A stretch of 62,412 bases of DNA, the filler included, from Deltaproteobacteria bacterium (GTDB lineage Bacteria; JAUYMQ01): NCBI GenBank assembly GCA_030698575.1. It is 8 parts of 8 records of this genome, joined end to end, with 100 filler letters (N's around TTAATTAATTAA, not from the genome) between each part and the next. Parts side by side here need not be neighbours in the genome. Positions count along the whole stretch, not along the records: positions 5,887 to 13,186 come from JAUYMQ010000007.1; positions 13,287 to 21,131 come from JAUYMQ010000011.1; positions 21,232 to 39,148 come from JAUYMQ010000014.1; 5 more parts are not named here. The stretch is one strand, 5' to 3'. Positions 10,372 through 23,194 of this stretch are shown here, piece by piece. Within the stretch, counting starts at the first letter, position 1; each line of letters begins with the position of its first letter. A program made the translations under genes and the position numbers. The notes under the pieces were generated by a model, which worked only from the letters and a program-made list of their open reading frames with translations, searched no databases and was not told where the DNA came from.

Positions 10372-11945
10372 CGTGCCACCCCCGGCGGCACTCCGGCGAC
10401 TGCGACGCCTCCCAGGCGAAACGAGAGCCGGAGCCGGGCGGCAAGTTCGATCAGCGGCTCGATCCGCAGGATCCAGCCCGCTGCTCCGTAGGCAGCCAGT
10501 CCACCAAATGCAGTGAGGCAGAGCGCGACCACGGCTGCGGCGCCGCCCTCGTCGGCGGGAATCAGTGCCGCGAGGCTGCGAGTCACGAGCGTCATGAAGC
10601 CGCCGGCCACCCCGACGCGGATGCAAAAGCCGGTCCAGCCGCCGAGCGGCGCCACACCAAGGCGGCGCCTCAGGATCACGTAGAGGATCGGAATGCCAAG
10701 GATGGCGTTGGCCGAGGTGACCGCCGCGACGCCATACACGCCCCACTGCCGGAAGACCAGCGCGTCGAGAATGACGTTCAACGCAAGAGGCACCAGGCCT
10801 CCCCAGATCATCGGGTCCCGCGTGTTGCCGATGGCGTAGAACCCGCGCACGAGCAGGCTCCCCACCCCGCCCAGCAGGAGGATCCCCCCGTAGCAGGCAA
10901 GGATGCCCGCAACGCGCGCGGTGTCGGCATCGGAGAATCGGCCGTGCTCGAACACCACCGTGAGCGCGGGCGATGCAAGGAGGCAGATGAGAATGACGAA
11001 GGGGAGCATGCCCGCGATCACCCAGCGCGATCCCCGATCCAGCAACCGGAAGAGGCCGGCCCGGTCCGACTGGGCCTCCCGATCCGCCAGCCCGGGATAG
11101 ACGACCGCCGCCACCGGCGAGACGAGAACCGCCAGCACCAGCCCCACGACGAGATCCGCATAGCCCAGCGAGGAGAGCTTCCCCTCGCCGAGAAAGGAGA
11201 CGAAGAATCGATCGACGGCGCCGTTCAGGCGCGCCGAGGTCACGGCCACGACGACCGGAAGCGCGAGCCAGGCCAGCCGGCGCACCTCGGGGTGCCCGAT
11301 CTCGATCCGCGGCCTGAGCGGCGCGCCTTCACGCGCCAGGATCCAGACGAGCGGGGCCAGCGCGAGGACCTTGGCCGCCAGCGTGCCCCCGATGAGGCTC
11401 CAGAGCCCGAGCCGGTCCGAGAGAAGCAGGACCGCCGCCAGGGGCGCCAGCTGGGATGCAGCCCCCGCGAGGGCGGGAAGCGTGAAGCGCCGCCGGGCAT
11501 GGAACGCCTGGGTGAGCAGCGCCCCCGCCACCCCGAAGGCCATTCCCGGGAAGAGCAGGGCCAGGTAGTCGCCCGCGAGGCGCAGCGTCGCGCCGTCCAG
11601 ACCGGGCGCAACCGCCCGCACGAGCGTCAGGCGCCCGAAGGCCACCGGAATGGAAAGAAGAAGGAGCCCGCCCGCGAGCAGCCAGACGAACGTTGAGAGC
11701 ACGCGCCAGGCCTCGGCGCCCTGCCCTGAAGCGAAACGCCGGACGAGCAAAGGCAGGAGCAGCTGCGCCACGGCCGCCAGCGCGAGGGCTTCCACGACCC
11801 CCGGAAGAGTCAGTGCCGCGATGTAGGCGTCCACCTCCTGGCCCGTGCCGAACTTGTTGGCGAGGGCAATCTGCAGCCCGAGGCCGATGACCTGGGTCAG
11901 CAGGGAAAACAGGATGAGGACGAAGCTGCTTCTGAGCATGCTCAC
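10368..11945 (-). CDS. MurJ/MviN-like (MOP superfamily) lipid-linked glycan flippase
   Basis: FGTGQEVDAY, many TM helices, LGYAD, FEHGRF, RGFYAIGNTRDP. Confidence 0.82.
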   Translation of the reverse strand: MSMLRSSFVLILFSLLTQVIGLGLQIALANKFGTGQEVDAYIAALTLPGVVEALALAAVAQLLLPLLVRRFASGQGAEAWRVLSTFVWLLAGGLLLLSIPVAFGRLTLVRAVAPGLDGATLRLAGDYLALLFPGMAFGVAGALLTQAFHARRRFTLPALAGAASQLAPLAAVLLLSDRLGLWSLIGGTLAAKVLALAPLVWILAREGAPLRPRIEIGHPEVRRLAWLALPVVVAVTSARLNGAVDRFFVSFLGEGKLSSLGYADLVVGLVLAVLVSPVAAVVYPGLADREAQSDRAGLFRLLDRGSRWVIAGMLPFVILICLLASPALTVVFEHGRFSDADTARVAGILACYGGILLLGGVGSLLVRGFYAIGNTRDPMIWGGLVPLALNVILDALVFRQWGVYGVAAVTSANAILGIPILYVILRRRLGVAPLGGWTGFCIRVGVAGGFMTLVTRSLAALIPADEGGAAAVVALCLTAFGGLAAYGAAGWILRIEPLIELAARLRLSFRLGGVAVAGVPPGVAR

Positions 11946-13186
11946 TTCCAGAGTAAATAGTTGCCCATCACGAGGTACTCGAGGCCACAGGTGTAGAAGG
12001 TGCCGATGGCGTCGAGCGGCGTGTTCACAATGGGCTGACCCTTGACGTTGAAGCTTGTGTTGAGGAGCACCGGAACGCCGGTGAGCTTCCGGAACTCCTC
12101 GAGCAGTTGCCAGTACCGCGGGTTGGTTCCGCGCTCGACGAGATGGGGGCGGCAGGTGCCGTCGACATGGACGGTGCTCTGGATCTCCGGGCGCCGATCC
12201 TCCCTGGCGATGAAGGCATGGATCATGAAGGGGGACCGGTAAGGATCTTCCAGGTAGTCGGCCGCGTGCTCAGCCTGCATCGAGGGTGCGAAGGGCCTCC
12301 AGAGCTCCCGCCATTTCACGTCGCGATTCACCCGATCGCGCATGTCCGGCCCGGCCGGGTTCGCCAGAATGCTTCGGCCTCCAAGCGCTCGCGCCCCCAG
12401 CTCCATCGGGCCCTGGAACCACCCCACGATATGGTTGTCGGCCAGCAACTGGGCCGTGACCGCGCAGATGTCGTCGCTCCGTTCGTAGTTCTTCACGCGC
12501 GTCTTGCGGAGAGCCGTTTCGATGTCCGCTTCCGAATAGGACGGGCCCCAGTAGGCGTGGTCGAAGGGGCCGTCGGGGCGCCGTCCCGTCGTGCGGGTGT
12601 GCACCCATGCAGCCGCGCCGAGCGCGGTGCCGGCGTCGCTTGAAGCGGGCTGGACGAAGATCCCGTCGGTATATGGCCCGCGGAAGAGCACGCCGTTCAT
12701 GGAGCAGTTCATCGCGATACCGCCCGCCAGGCAGAGATTGCGGATGCCCGTGCGCCGCTGCAGGTAGCGATTCATGAGAAGCACGGCGCGCTCGAGCGTC
12801 ACCTGGAGCGATGCGGCCAGGCTCCGATGCTCATCGGTGAGCGGATCCTCCGGCCGCCGCTGGGGTAGATCGGCTATGAACTTGCTGAAGGCCCCTGGCC
12901 TGATTCGCGGGTAAGGCTCGTTCCAGTCAACGAAGGGGAGCACGTCCCCCTCGCCGTACGCGGCAAGCCCCATCACCTTTCCCTCGTCCGAGTGCGGCCG
13001 GAAGCCCAGCCGCGCGGTCACCTTCTCGTACATGTGCCCCCAGCTCGAGGAGATGGGGATGCTGTCGAGGATCTCGATCCGATTGCCCCTTCCGACGGCC
13101 AGCACGCCGGACTCGAACCCTCCCCGGCCGTCGAGCGAGATGATGTTCGCTTCCTCGAAGTCGGAGAGAAGAAAGGCGCTTGCGGC
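11942..13186 (-). CDS. NodU/CmcH-family carbamoyltransferase, 5' truncated
   Basis: EGKVMGLAAYG, LAGGIAMNC, GARALGGRSILA, RPFAPS, HVDGT, LNTSFN; frame open to the linker. Confidence 0.9.
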   Translation of the reverse strand, partial: AASAFLLSDFEEANIISLDGRGGFESGVLAVGRGNRIEILDSIPISSSWGHMYEKVTARLGFRPHSDEGKVMGLAAYGEGDVLPFVDWNEPYPRIRPGAFSKFIADLPQRRPEDPLTDEHRSLAASLQVTLERAVLLMNRYLQRRTGIRNLCLAGGIAMNCSMNGVLFRGPYTDGIFVQPASSDAGTALGAAAWVHTRTTGRRPDGPFDHAYWGPSYSEADIETALRKTRVKNYERSDDICAVTAQLLADNHIVGWFQGPMELGARALGGRSILANPAGPDMRDRVNRDVKWRELWRPFAPSMQAEHAADYLEDPYRSPFMIHAFIAREDRRPEIQSTVHVDGTCRPHLVERGTNPRYWQLLEEFRKLTGVPVLLNTSFNVKGQPIVNTPLDAIGTFYTCGLEYLVMGNYLLWK

Positions 13187-13286
13187 NNNNNNNNNNNNNN
13201 NNNNNNNNNNNNNNNNNNNNNNNNNNNNNNTTAATTAATTAANNNNNNNNNNNNNNNNNNNNNNNNNNNNNNNNNNNNNNNNNNNN
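13187..13286. other. Artificial contig linker
   Basis: N-TTAATTAATTAA-N. Confidence 0.98.
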
Positions 13287-13535
13287 GTGGAGCCTGGGCA
13301 CCTGGGCCCGATTCGTGTAGTTGAACTCCTTCATCAGGAGCGGGACGTACTCCGTCTCGAACAGCTTCTGAAGGCGCGGGCGGTAATCCTTGCGGAGAAC
13401 TTCCTCCGGCGCGGCTTCCTTCCGGGCTTCCTCCTGACCCGCGCCCTTGGTCTCCTTCTTTGCCGACTTCTTGCCCTCTTTCGGCTTCCCCCCCTTGGGG
13501 GACTGCTTCGGCTTGCGGGCTTTGGCCTCAGGCAT
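13287..13535 (-). CDS. rplE: 50S ribosomal protein L5, 3' truncated, with Lys-rich N-terminal extension
   Basis: PRLQKLFETEYVPLLMKEFNYTNRAQVPRL after rplX. Confidence 0.85.
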
Positions 13536-13857
13536 CGAGCACCTCTTGGCACTTGCGGCAGATCCGCACCTTGGTCCCGTCGTCGAGCACCTTTCGCCCG
13601 ATCCGCCTGCCCGCATTGCACTTCGGGCATCTGAGCAGAACCTTGGAGACGTACAGGGGAGCCTCCTTCTCGATGATTCCGCCTTGCTTGATTTCCGACG
13701 TCGGCCGGGAGTGCCGCTTGACGATGTTTATCTTCTCCACGATCACCGCGCCCTTGCTCCGGATGACGCGAAGCACCTTTCCGCTCTTCCCTTTTTCCTT
13801 GCCGGTGATCACGACAACGGTGTCGTTCTTCCGTATGTACATGCGCGTCTGGGCCAT
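13528..13857 (-). CDS. rplX: 50S ribosomal protein L24
   Basis: IRKNDTVVVITGKEKGKSGKV, GGIIEKEAPL. Confidence 0.95.
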   Translation of the reverse strand: MAQTRMYIRKNDTVVVITGKEKGKSGKVLRVIRSKGAVIVEKINIVKRHSRPTSEIKQGGIIEKEAPLYVSKVLLRCPKCNAGRRIGRKVLDDGTKVRICRKCQEVLDA

Positions 13858-13859
13858 GG

Positions 13860-14228
13860 TCAGATCACCTCCGGAGCGAGCGAGATAATCTTCGTGAAGC
13901 GCTTGGCGCGCAGCTCGCGGGCAACCGGGCCGAAGATGCGTGTGCCGATAGGCTCCAGGTTCAGCTCGATGAGCACCACCGAGTTGTCGTCGAACCGGAT
14001 GAAGGACCCGTCCGGCCGCGGCGTCTCCTTGACCGTCCGCACGACAACGGCGCGCCGAACCTCGCCCTTCTTCACCTTGGCGTTGGGGATCGCCTCCTTG
14101 ATGCTGACCACGATAATGTCCCCGATCCCCGCGTACCGCCGGCGTGTGCCCCCTAGAACGCGGATGCACCCCACCTTCCTCGCGCCCGAGTTGTCGGCGA
14201 CATTGAGGATGGTTTCCTGCTGGATCAT
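13860..14228 (-). CDS. rplN: 50S ribosomal protein L14
   Basis: [16 protein letters not shown]...SLAPEVI. Confidence 0.97.
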   Translation of the reverse strand: MIQQETILNVADNSGARKVGCIRVLGGTRRRYAGIGDIIVVSIKEAIPNAKVKKGEVRRAVVVRTVKETPRPDGSFIRFDDNSVVLIELNLEPIGTRIFGPVARELRAKRFTKIISLAPEVI

Positions 14229-14230
14229 GG

Positions 14231-14521
14231 CTAAAGCGCCTTCTCGATAATCTTGCGAATGCGCCACCGCTTGTCTCTCGACAGCGGGCGCGTCTCAACG
14301 ATCAGAACCGTGTCACCGACATGCGACTCGTTCGATTCGTCGTGTGCCTTGAACTTCTTTCTGCGGTTGATGTACTTCTTGTAGCGCGGGTGCTGAACGC
14401 GCCGCTGCACGGTCACGACACGCGTCTTGTTCATCTTGTCCGATACGACGACGCCGACCCTGGTCTTTGCGCCGCCCCGGACACTCTGCGGGCCGGTCGG
14501 CGTGCTGATCACCTCACTCAT
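14231..14521 (-). CDS. rpsQ: 30S ribosomal protein S17
   Basis: [22 protein letters not shown]. Confidence 0.96.
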   Translation of the reverse strand: MSEVISTPTGPQSVRGGAKTRVGVVVSDKMNKTRVVTVQRRVQHPRYKKYINRRKKFKAHDESNESHVGDTVLIVETRPLSRDKRWRIRKIIEKAL

Positions 14522-14720
14522 GTCGCTGCCGCCCTTTCCTTCTGCCGGACGAAAGTCCTCACCCGCGCGATATCCCTGCGGGCCTTGCGAATTAGTATGG
14601 GGTTCTCGAGCTGCCCGGTGGCGTGGCGCACGCGCAGGTTGAACAGCTCCTCCCGGAGCTCCTGCTCCCTGAGCTTCAGCTCATCCAGCGACAACTCCTT
14701 GAATTCCGAGGTCGACTTGC

Positions 14721-14724
<4 letters not shown>
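14518..14724 (-). CDS. rpmC: 50S ribosomal protein L29
   Basis: ELFNLR...ATGQLENP...RRDIAR. Confidence 0.95.
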
Positions 14725-15137
<413 letters not shown>

Positions 15138-15141
15138 TGCT

Positions 15142-15795
15142 TTACTCCGTGCTCTCGGTCAGCACGTTTTTCTCGAAGATCTCACCGCGGAAGATCCAGC
15201 ACTTGATCCCGATCTTCCCGTAGGTGGTGTTGGCCTCCGCCTGCCCGTAATCGATGTCGGCCCGCAGCGTGTGGAGCGGAACCCGTCCCTCGCGGTACCA
15301 TTCGCGGCGGGCCATCTCCGACCCCCCGAGCCGTCCCGCGCAATTGATACGAATGCCCTTGGCGCCGAATTTCATCGCAGAGCTGACGGCCTTCTTCATC
15401 GCGCGGCGGAAAGTCACCCGGCGCTCGAGCTGCTGCGCCACGCTCTCGCAAACGAGTTGCGCGACCATTTCGGGCTTGCGGACTTCCTTGATGTTGATGA
15501 AGACCTCGCCTTCCGACATCCGGGCCAGTTCCTTCCGGAGGGTCTCCACCTCGGTTCCCCGCTTGCCTATGATGATGCCGGGCCGGCTCGCGTGGATATT
15601 GACCCTGATCTTGTTGGCGGTGCGCTCGATCGTGATCTTGGAGATGCCAGCGTGGTAGAGCTTCTTCTTCACATACTTCCTGATCTTGAGATCCTCGTGA
15701 AGCAGGCGCGCGTAGTCCTTCTCAGCGTACCAGTTAGACTCCCACTTGGTGAGAATCCCCAGCCGGAAACCGATCGGATGCACCTTCTGTCCCAC
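15142..15795 (-). CDS. rpsC: 30S ribosomal protein S3
   Basis: [28 protein letters not shown] start. Confidence 0.97.
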   Translation of the reverse strand: MGQKVHPIGFRLGILTKWESNWYAEKDYARLLHEDLKIRKYVKKKLYHAGISKITIERTANKIRVNIHASRPGIIIGKRGTEVETLRKELARMSEGEVFINIKEVRKPEMVAQLVCESVAQQLERRVTFRRAMKKAVSSAMKFGAKGIRINCAGRLGGSEMARREWYREGRVPLHTLRADIDYGQAEANTTYGKIGIKCWIFRGEIFEKNVLTESTE

Positions 15796-15844
15796 GCTTG
15801 ACCTCTCTGGGCCCTTCCGGACCCCCAGGTGGCCTGACCTCGGC

Positions 15845-16177
15845 TCAGGCCTCCGCCAGAACAACCGTGATATGGCTCGTTCGCTTCCGCACCTTGCCGG
15901 CTCGCCCCATCGGCATGGGTCGGAAGCGCTTGATGGTGAGGCCCCCGTCCACGAAGATGGTCTTCACGAAAAGCGTGTCGACGTCGATCTTTCCCTGAGC
16001 GTCGGCGTTCGACACGGCTGATCGAATCAGGTTCGAGACGACCTTCGACCCGCTCTTGGGGGTGAACTCCAGGATATTGAGCGCCTCCTCGACCTTCTTC
16101 CCACGAATGAGGTCCACAACCAGGCGCAGCTTCCTGGGCGCTATGCGAATTGATCGTGCTTTGGCCGTCGTTTCCAT
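15845..16177 (-). CDS. rplV: 50S ribosomal protein L22
   Basis: [23 protein letters not shown]. Confidence 0.97.
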   Translation of the reverse strand: METTAKARSIRIAPRKLRLVVDLIRGKKVEEALNILEFTPKSGSKVVSNLIRSAVSNADAQGKIDVDTLFVKTIFVDGGLTIKRFRPMPMGRAGKVRKRTSHITVVLAEA

Positions 16178-16219
16178 CTATGCATCCCCGGCGCGGTAAC
16201 AGACCCGCCGATTATTCCG

Positions 16220-16516
16220 CTACTTCGATGGCGCTGCCGTGCTCGTCGAGGACTTCTTGTCAGCGCTGTGGCTGTGAAAGATCCTCGTAGGGGAGAACTC
16301 GCCAAGCTTGTGTCCCACCATGTTCTCCGTGACAAAGACGGGTATGAATTTCTTGCCGTTGTGCACCGCGAAGGTCATGCCCACCTGGTCCGGGGTTATC
16401 GTGCTCCTTCTGGACCAGGTCTTGATGACCTTCTTGTCGCCCGTAGCCAGCGCGCGCTCGATTTTGCGCGCAAGTCCGAGCTCGACGTAAGGCCCCTTCT
16501 TGATTGATCTTGCCAT
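16220..16516 (-). CDS. rpsS: 30S ribosomal protein S19
   Basis: [20 protein letters not shown]. Confidence 0.97.
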   Translation of the reverse strand: MARSIKKGPYVELGLARKIERALATGDKKVIKTWSRRSTITPDQVGMTFAVHNGKKFIPVFVTENMVGHKLGEFSPTRIFHSHSADKKSSTSTAAPSK

Positions 16517-16522
16517 GCTTGG

Positions 16523-17353
16523 CTAACCCTTCTTTCCGCGGCGCTTCACAATGAACTTGTTCGTTCGCTTGTTGCTCCGGGTCTTGTAGCCCTTCGTAGG
16601 AACGCCCCAGGGCGAGACCGGATGCCGCCCGCCTGAGGTTTTCCCCTCGCCGCCGCCGTGCGGGTGATCCACGGGGTTCATGACGACACCGCGAACGTGC
16701 GGCCGGCGGCCCCGCCAGCGCGGTCGGCCGGCCTTTCCGTCGACGAAGGTCTCATGCTCCAGATTCCCGACCTGGCCGATCGAGGCCCGGCACGCGACGT
16801 GCACCCGTCGCACTTCACCGGAAGCAAGCCGGATCTGCGCGTAGGATCCTTCCCTGGCCACCAGCTGCGCTTGCGATCCTGCGGCGCGGCACATCTGACC
16901 GCCCTTGCCCGGTCGGATCTCGATGTTGTGAAGCGTGGTTCCGAGCGGGATGCTCTGAAGCGGCATCGAGTTGCCCGGCTTGATGTCCGCTCGGTTGCTC
17001 GACAGGATCGTCTGGCCCACGGCGATGCCGAGGGGCGCCAGGATGTACCGCTTCTCGCCGTCGGCGTAGTGCAGAAGCGCAATCCGGGCCGACCGATTCG
17101 GGTCGTACTCGATGGCCGCGACCCGCGCGGGCACGTCCTGCTTGTCTCGCTTGAAATCGATGATGCGGTAGCGACGCTTGTGCCCGCCACCGCGATGCCA
17201 GGCCGTAACCCGCCCGGTCGCGTTCCGGCCACCCGTCTTGTGCAGGGGCGCGAGGAGCGACTTCTCGGGCACCGACTTCGTGATGTCCGCGAAATCGGAG
17301 ATCTGCATGAAGCGACGGTTCGGCGTATACGGCTTGAATTTCTTCGTGCCCAT
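16523..17353 (-). CDS. rplB: 50S ribosomal protein L2
   Basis: [21 protein letters not shown]. Confidence 0.97.
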   Translation of the reverse strand: MGTKKFKPYTPNRRFMQISDFADITKSVPEKSLLAPLHKTGGRNATGRVTAWHRGGGHKRRYRIIDFKRDKQDVPARVAAIEYDPNRSARIALLHYADGEKRYILAPLGIAVGQTILSSNRADIKPGNSMPLQSIPLGTTLHNIEIRPGKGGQMCRAAGSQAQLVAREGSYAQIRLASGEVRRVHVACRASIGQVGNLEHETFVDGKAGRPRWRGRRPHVRGVVMNPVDHPHGGGEGKTSGGRHPVSPWGVPTKGYKTRSNKRTNKFIVKRRGKKG

Positions 17354-17358
17354 AGTGT

Positions 17359-17649
17359 TTACCGGTTCTCGAAGAACTCGATAGTGCTGCCCTGTGCGAG
17401 CGTCACCAGCGCCTTCTTCCAGTTCGACCGCTTTCCGCGATTGCGTCCCAGCGTCACATGCTTGCCGGGGACGTTGATGGTCCGGACGCGCTTGACCTTC
17501 ACCTTGAAGAGCTTCTCCACGGCAGCCTTGATCTCCGGCTTCGTCGCCCGCCGGTTGACCTCGAAAGCGATCACGTTGCCCGCTTCCTTGAGATCGGTGC
17601 TCTTCTCCGTAACAACGGGGCGCCGGATGACTTCGTATAGATTCTGCAT
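17359..17649 (-). CDS. rplW: 50S ribosomal protein L23
   Basis: [16 protein letters not shown]. Confidence 0.96.
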   Translation of the reverse strand: MQNLYEVIRRPVVTEKSTDLKEAGNVIAFEVNRRATKPEIKAAVEKLFKVKVKRVRTINVPGKHVTLGRNRGKRSNWKKALVTLAQGSTIEFFENR

Positions 17650-17672
17650 CGCTGCGTTCTCCGCGGCCCGCC

Positions 17673-18311
17673 CTACCGAGCGGCCGGCAGGGTCTGGAGA
17701 CCGGCCACAATCCGATCGTATGCTGGTCGGGTCATCACCAGCTCGTTGTAACGAAGAACATCCATCAGCGTCATTCCGGACGTCTGAACTACCTTGAAGT
17801 GCTGGAGATTCCGCGCGCTCTTCTCGAGCTTCTCGTTCTGCCCCTCGATGACAATCAGCGCCTTGCTCAGTTCGAGCTTCTTCAGCGAATCGAGCAGCGC
17901 GCGCGTCCTGATCTCGGCGAGATCGAGGTGGTCGATGACGCGCAGCCGCCCCTCCTTCACCTTGAGCGAAAGCGCCGCCCGCATGGCGGCGCGCCGGACC
18001 TTGCGCGGCAGGCTGTAGGTGTAGCTCCGGGGGAGAGGGCCGAAAACCGTGGCGCCCCCGGGCATGAGCGGCGATCGGTTCGTGCCCTGACGGGCGCGGC
18101 CCGTTCCCTTCTGGCGAAAAGGCTTCTTTCCGCCACCGGAGACGAAATGCCGGGTCTTCGTCGAATGCGTTCCACGGCGGCGTGCCGCCTGCGCCCGCTT
18201 GACGACGGTATAGAAGAGCCGCTGGCGGATGGGCGCCTCGAAGACGCTCGAGTCCAGCTCGAGGTCAGCGATCTTCTTCTTGTCGAGGCTAAGCACTTCA
18301 ATCGTCGCCAA
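17673..18311 (-). CDS. rplD: 50S ribosomal protein L4
   Basis: [17 protein letters not shown] start after GGAG. Confidence 0.96.
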   Translation of the reverse strand: MATIEVLSLDKKKIADLELDSSVFEAPIRQRLFYTVVKRAQAARRRGTHSTKTRHFVSGGGKKPFRQKGTGRARQGTNRSPLMPGGATVFGPLPRSYTYSLPRKVRRAAMRAALSLKVKEGRLRVIDHLDLAEIRTRALLDSLKKLELSKALIVIEGQNEKLEKSARNLQHFKVVQTSGMTLMDVLRYNELVMTRPAYDRIVAGLQTLPAAR

Positions 18312-18356
18312 CGTTCTTCTCCGGAAAATCCCGCTCTCTGGCGGGAGCGTACCCGA

Positions 18357-19109
18357 CTACCGCGCCGCCGTGCGCGGGTCCCTTCCCTCTCGAATGAGCA
18401 CGTAGCTGTGCCGGGGGCCCGGCACCGCGCCCCTGACCACGAGGATGTTCTGCTCCGGCCTCACTTCAACGACCTCGAGGTTCTGCACCGTCCGCCTTGC
18501 GTGCCCCATGTGGCCCGGCATTCGATGCCCCCGCGCGACATGCGACGGCCAGGCACTCGCGCCGATCGATCCGGGCGCCCTGTGGAACATCGAACCGTGA
18601 GAAGCACGGCCGCCGCTCCATCCGTAACGCTTCACGCCGCCCTGGAAACCTTTCCCCTTGCTTGTGCCCGTCACGTCGACAAGGTCGCCTGGCTTGAACA
18701 CATTGACGGTAACCGTCTGTCCCGGCTCGACCCCTTCGACGCTCTTTACCTTGAACTCGCGCAGCAGGTAGAAGGCGCCGGTCTTGGCGCGCTTGAACTG
18801 CCCCTGAAGCGGCTTGGTAACCCGCTGCATCTTCTTCGGGCCGAAACCCAGTTGCACCGCGCCGTAGCCGTTCTTCTCCGGCGTCCGGCTGTCGATCACC
18901 GTGCATGGACCGGCCTCGATCAGCGTCACGGGCACGCGGGAGCCGTCCGCCCGGAAAACCGACGAGCAGCCGATCTTGCGGCCCAGGAGCCCCTTGAGCT
19001 CGAGCGCGCCGGAAGTCGCAGCGTTTTCCGGGGCCGCGACCTCGCTTTCGCCCGCCGCCGCCTCGGCATTCTCAGCGGCGCCCTCGGGCGCCTCCTTCTC
19101 ATCAGCCAT
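18357..19109 (-). CDS. rplC: 50S ribosomal protein L3 with acidic N-terminal extension
   Basis: [26 protein letters not shown]. Confidence 0.96.
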   Translation of the reverse strand: MADEKEAPEGAAENAEAAAGESEVAAPENAATSGALELKGLLGRKIGCSSVFRADGSRVPVTLIEAGPCTVIDSRTPEKNGYGAVQLGFGPKKMQRVTKPLQGQFKRAKTGAFYLLREFKVKSVEGVEPGQTVTVNVFKPGDLVDVTGTSKGKGFQGGVKRYGWSGGRASHGSMFHRAPGSIGASAWPSHVARGHRMPGHMGHARRTVQNLEVVEVRPEQNILVVRGAVPGPRHSYVLIREGRDPRTAAR

Positions 19110-19145
19110 GCCTCATGCCTTCCGATTGATTCAGAGCACTGCGTT

Positions 19146-19457
<312 letters not shown>

Positions 19458-19476
19458 GCTCCTCGGGGCGATCGCC

Positions 19477-20667
<1,191 letters not shown>

Positions 20668-20817
20668 CCTCTCTCTCCTATTGCTGGCTCGCCTTCGGGC
20701 CGCCAGCGGGTCCAAGCCGGGACGCCGGACCACCCCCGCGAACATACCCTGGGGGTCGGGCCGGGAGTCCTGAACCGGGTCCACCGCGGCCATGGTTTGG
20801 GCCCGCGGGCCCCTCAA

Positions 20818-21131
20818 TCAGCGCTTCTCGATGATTTCTGCGGCGATCGAGCTGGGGATATCCTGGTAGTGGGCGAACTGCATCGAGTAGTTCGCTCGCC
20901 CCTGGGTCATCGACCTGAGTGCCGTCGCGTAACCGAACATCATCGCGAGCGGAACTTCTGAGTTGATCACCTGGGCCCCCCCACGGGCCTGCATGTTCTT
21001 GATCTTCCCCCGACGGGAATTCAAGTCACCGATCACGTCGCCCATGTAATCCTCGGGCACGATGACCTCAATGGACATGATGGGCTCGAGCAGCACCGGC
21101 TTCGCCTTTCGGGCCCCTTCCTTGAACGCCA
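20818..21131 (-). CDS. fusA: Elongation factor G, C-terminal fragment
   Basis: [27 protein letters not shown]; upstream of tuf. Confidence 0.95.
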
Positions 21132-21231
21132 NNNNNNNNNNNNNNNNNNNNNNNNNNNNNNNNNNNNNNNNNNNNTTAATTAATTAANNNNNNNNNNNNN
21201 NNNNNNNNNNNNNNNNNNNNNNNNNNNNNNN
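21132..21231. other. Artificial contig linker
   Basis: N-TTAATTAATTAA-N. Confidence 0.98.
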
Positions 21232-21475
21232 CGGCCTCGTTGTCCGGGTGCGGGCAGGGCGCCGTATAGCGACCTGGGGGGCACCTGATAGAATGCCCCG
21301 GTCCCGCGATCCCCAACGGGGGAAGATCGTAAGGCGTATCGGAATAAACCGGGGTGGGCTTGAACCGATCTACAGTGCCGGGGGGAGGGCCCAAAGCCCC
21401 GGGGGGTGACGGCGAGCGTCACCCGGAGCGGGGGGGGATCCCCACGCTTGCGACATTCGAAGGAGGGCGGGCATC

Positions 21476-22108
21476 GTGCCTGACCGCATAGCCAAAATAC
21501 TCGCCGGGCGGCCCAAGACGGCCATTTCCCTGGCCGACGAGGGAGAGCCCCCGACACCGGGGGCGCCCGAGCCGCCCCCCGGCCGCCCCCTGGTGCGGGC
21601 GGCTGTCCTCGTCCCGCTGTTCGAGCGGGAGGGGGCACTCCACGTTCTCCTCACCCGCCGCACCGAGCAGATGCGCTCCCATAGCGGGCAGATCAGCTTT
21701 CCAGGCGGCCGAAAGGACCCGAGCGACCTGACCCTTCTCGAGACCGCGCTGCGCGAGTGCCAGGAGGAGATCGGGCTCCCGGCCGCGAGCGTGCGCCTTC
21801 TCGGAGAGCTGGACGATCTCGTGACCGTCACCGACTTCCTGGTCTCCCCGTACGTCGGACTGATCCCTCCGTCCTTTCCTTTCAAGGTCAGCGCGCGTGA
21901 GATCGCGGAGATCATCGAACTCCGACTCGAGGACTTCCTCCCGGCCGAGAGGCTCAGGGTGGCCCGCCGGCTCAACTACCGTGGAACATCACACACCACC
22001 TATTTCTTCGACATGGGACCTCACATCGTCTGGGGCGTGACGGCCGAGATCCTTCTTGAGCTCCTCGAAACGGTGTACGGCTACGACGCCCATCGCGGCC
22101 CGGGTTGA
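21476..22108 (+). CDS. Nudix hydrolase, CoA pyrophosphatase (NudL/PCD1) type
   Basis: AAVLVPL, LLTRR...[26 protein letters not shown]. Confidence 0.9.
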   Translation: MPDRIAKILAGRPKTAISLADEGEPPTPGAPEPPPGRPLVRAAVLVPLFEREGALHVLLTRRTEQMRSHSGQISFPGGRKDPSDLTLLETALRECQEEIGLPAASVRLLGELDDLVTVTDFLVSPYVGLIPPSFPFKVSAREIAEIIELRLEDFLPAERLRVARRLNYRGTSHTTYFFDMGPHIVWGVTAEILLELLETVYGYDAHRGPG

Positions 22109-22157
22109 CGCATACCGGCCGTCACAGATTGATTCTTGAGGAGACGAAGTGAGGACT

Positions 22158-23051
22158 TCAGGAAGGGAAGAGGTCCTTGCGCACGTGTCCGAGGGCAGGG
22201 AGCCCCCGGCGGACCTCCTCCAGCCGGTCGGTATCGAGATCCGCCACGATCACCGTCTGTTGGTCAGGCGCCTCTGCAATGACGGTCCCCCACGGGTCGA
22301 TGATCATCGCGTGGCCGTGGGAGGCGCGTTTCGCCGAATGCCGTCCCACCTGCGCGGGGGCCACCACGTAGCAGAGGTTTTCGATGGCGCGCGCACGGAG
22401 CAGGATCTCCCAGTGATCCTTTCCCGTGTGCGCAGTGAACGCAGCGGGAACGAACAGGACCCGCGCCCCGCGGAGCGCCATCTGGCGATAGAGTTCGGGA
22501 AAGCGGAGATCGTAGCAGACCGAGAGGCCCGCCGGGCCGAAGGGGGTCTCGGCCATCACCGGTCTGTCACCAGGCGCAACGGTCTTTGATTCCCGGAACT
22601 CGGGGCCGCCCCGGATGGAGACGTCGAACAGGTGGAGCTTCCGGTAGCAGGCGGCGATCCGCCCCTCCGGATCGAGCAGAAGGCTCGTGTTGAACGTCCG
22701 TCCGTCCGGCGAGCCCGTCGCCTGACGCTCGGCAATCGTCCCGCCCAGGATCCACATATGATGGCGCCGCGCCTGCGCACGGAGCCAGGCCGTCACCGCG
22801 CCATCGGCCTGCCCGGGGGAAACATCGCCCCGAGCGCCTGCCGCATCGGCGCCGCAGCAGGGTTCCGGATCGGGCGCGGACTCTCCCTCGGCCTGCAGGA
22901 AAGCGAAATTCTCGGGGAGAGCGGCCATCTCGGCGCGGCCGGCGGCGGCTTCGGCAAGCAGGCCTTCAGCCGCGTGGAGGTTCGCCTCACGATCGCTCGT
23001 GCTCGTCATCTGGATTGCAGCCACCCGGAACTTCATCTGGCTCTTCCCCAT
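22158..23051 (-). CDS. Carbon-nitrogen hydrolase (Nit1 / deaminated glutathione amidase-like)
   Basis: LPEN, YRKLHLFDV, CYDLRFPE, RARAIEN; start at 23051 or 23036. Confidence 0.9.
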   Translation of the reverse strand: MGKSQMKFRVAAIQMTSTSDREANLHAAEGLLAEAAAGRAEMAALPENFAFLQAEGESAPDPEPCCGADAAGARGDVSPGQADGAVTAWLRAQARRHHMWILGGTIAERQATGSPDGRTFNTSLLLDPEGRIAACYRKLHLFDVSIRGGPEFRESKTVAPGDRPVMAETPFGPAGLSVCYDLRFPELYRQMALRGARVLFVPAAFTAHTGKDHWEILLRARAIENLCYVVAPAQVGRHSAKRASHGHAMIIDPWGTVIAEAPDQQTVIVADLDTDRLEEVRRGLPALGHVRKDLFPS

Positions 23052-23194
23052 CCCGCGCGGGGGATCGACCCGCGCCTCCGGGAGCGTAGTGCATCTGCGG
23101 CGCCCCCTCAAGCGTCGCGCCTTGACGCGGCGGATCGGGGTGCCTAGGATGCCAACGCGCGTTCGTTCCCCATCATCATCGCGGATCCTCCCCC

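Noticed and set aside
20668-20817. GC-rich hairpins between fusA and tuf, and the 50-aa N-terminal extension of the tuf ORF
   Set aside because: The true start is MSKEKF at 20667 with an AG-rich RBS; the hairpins are unremarkable at this GC content
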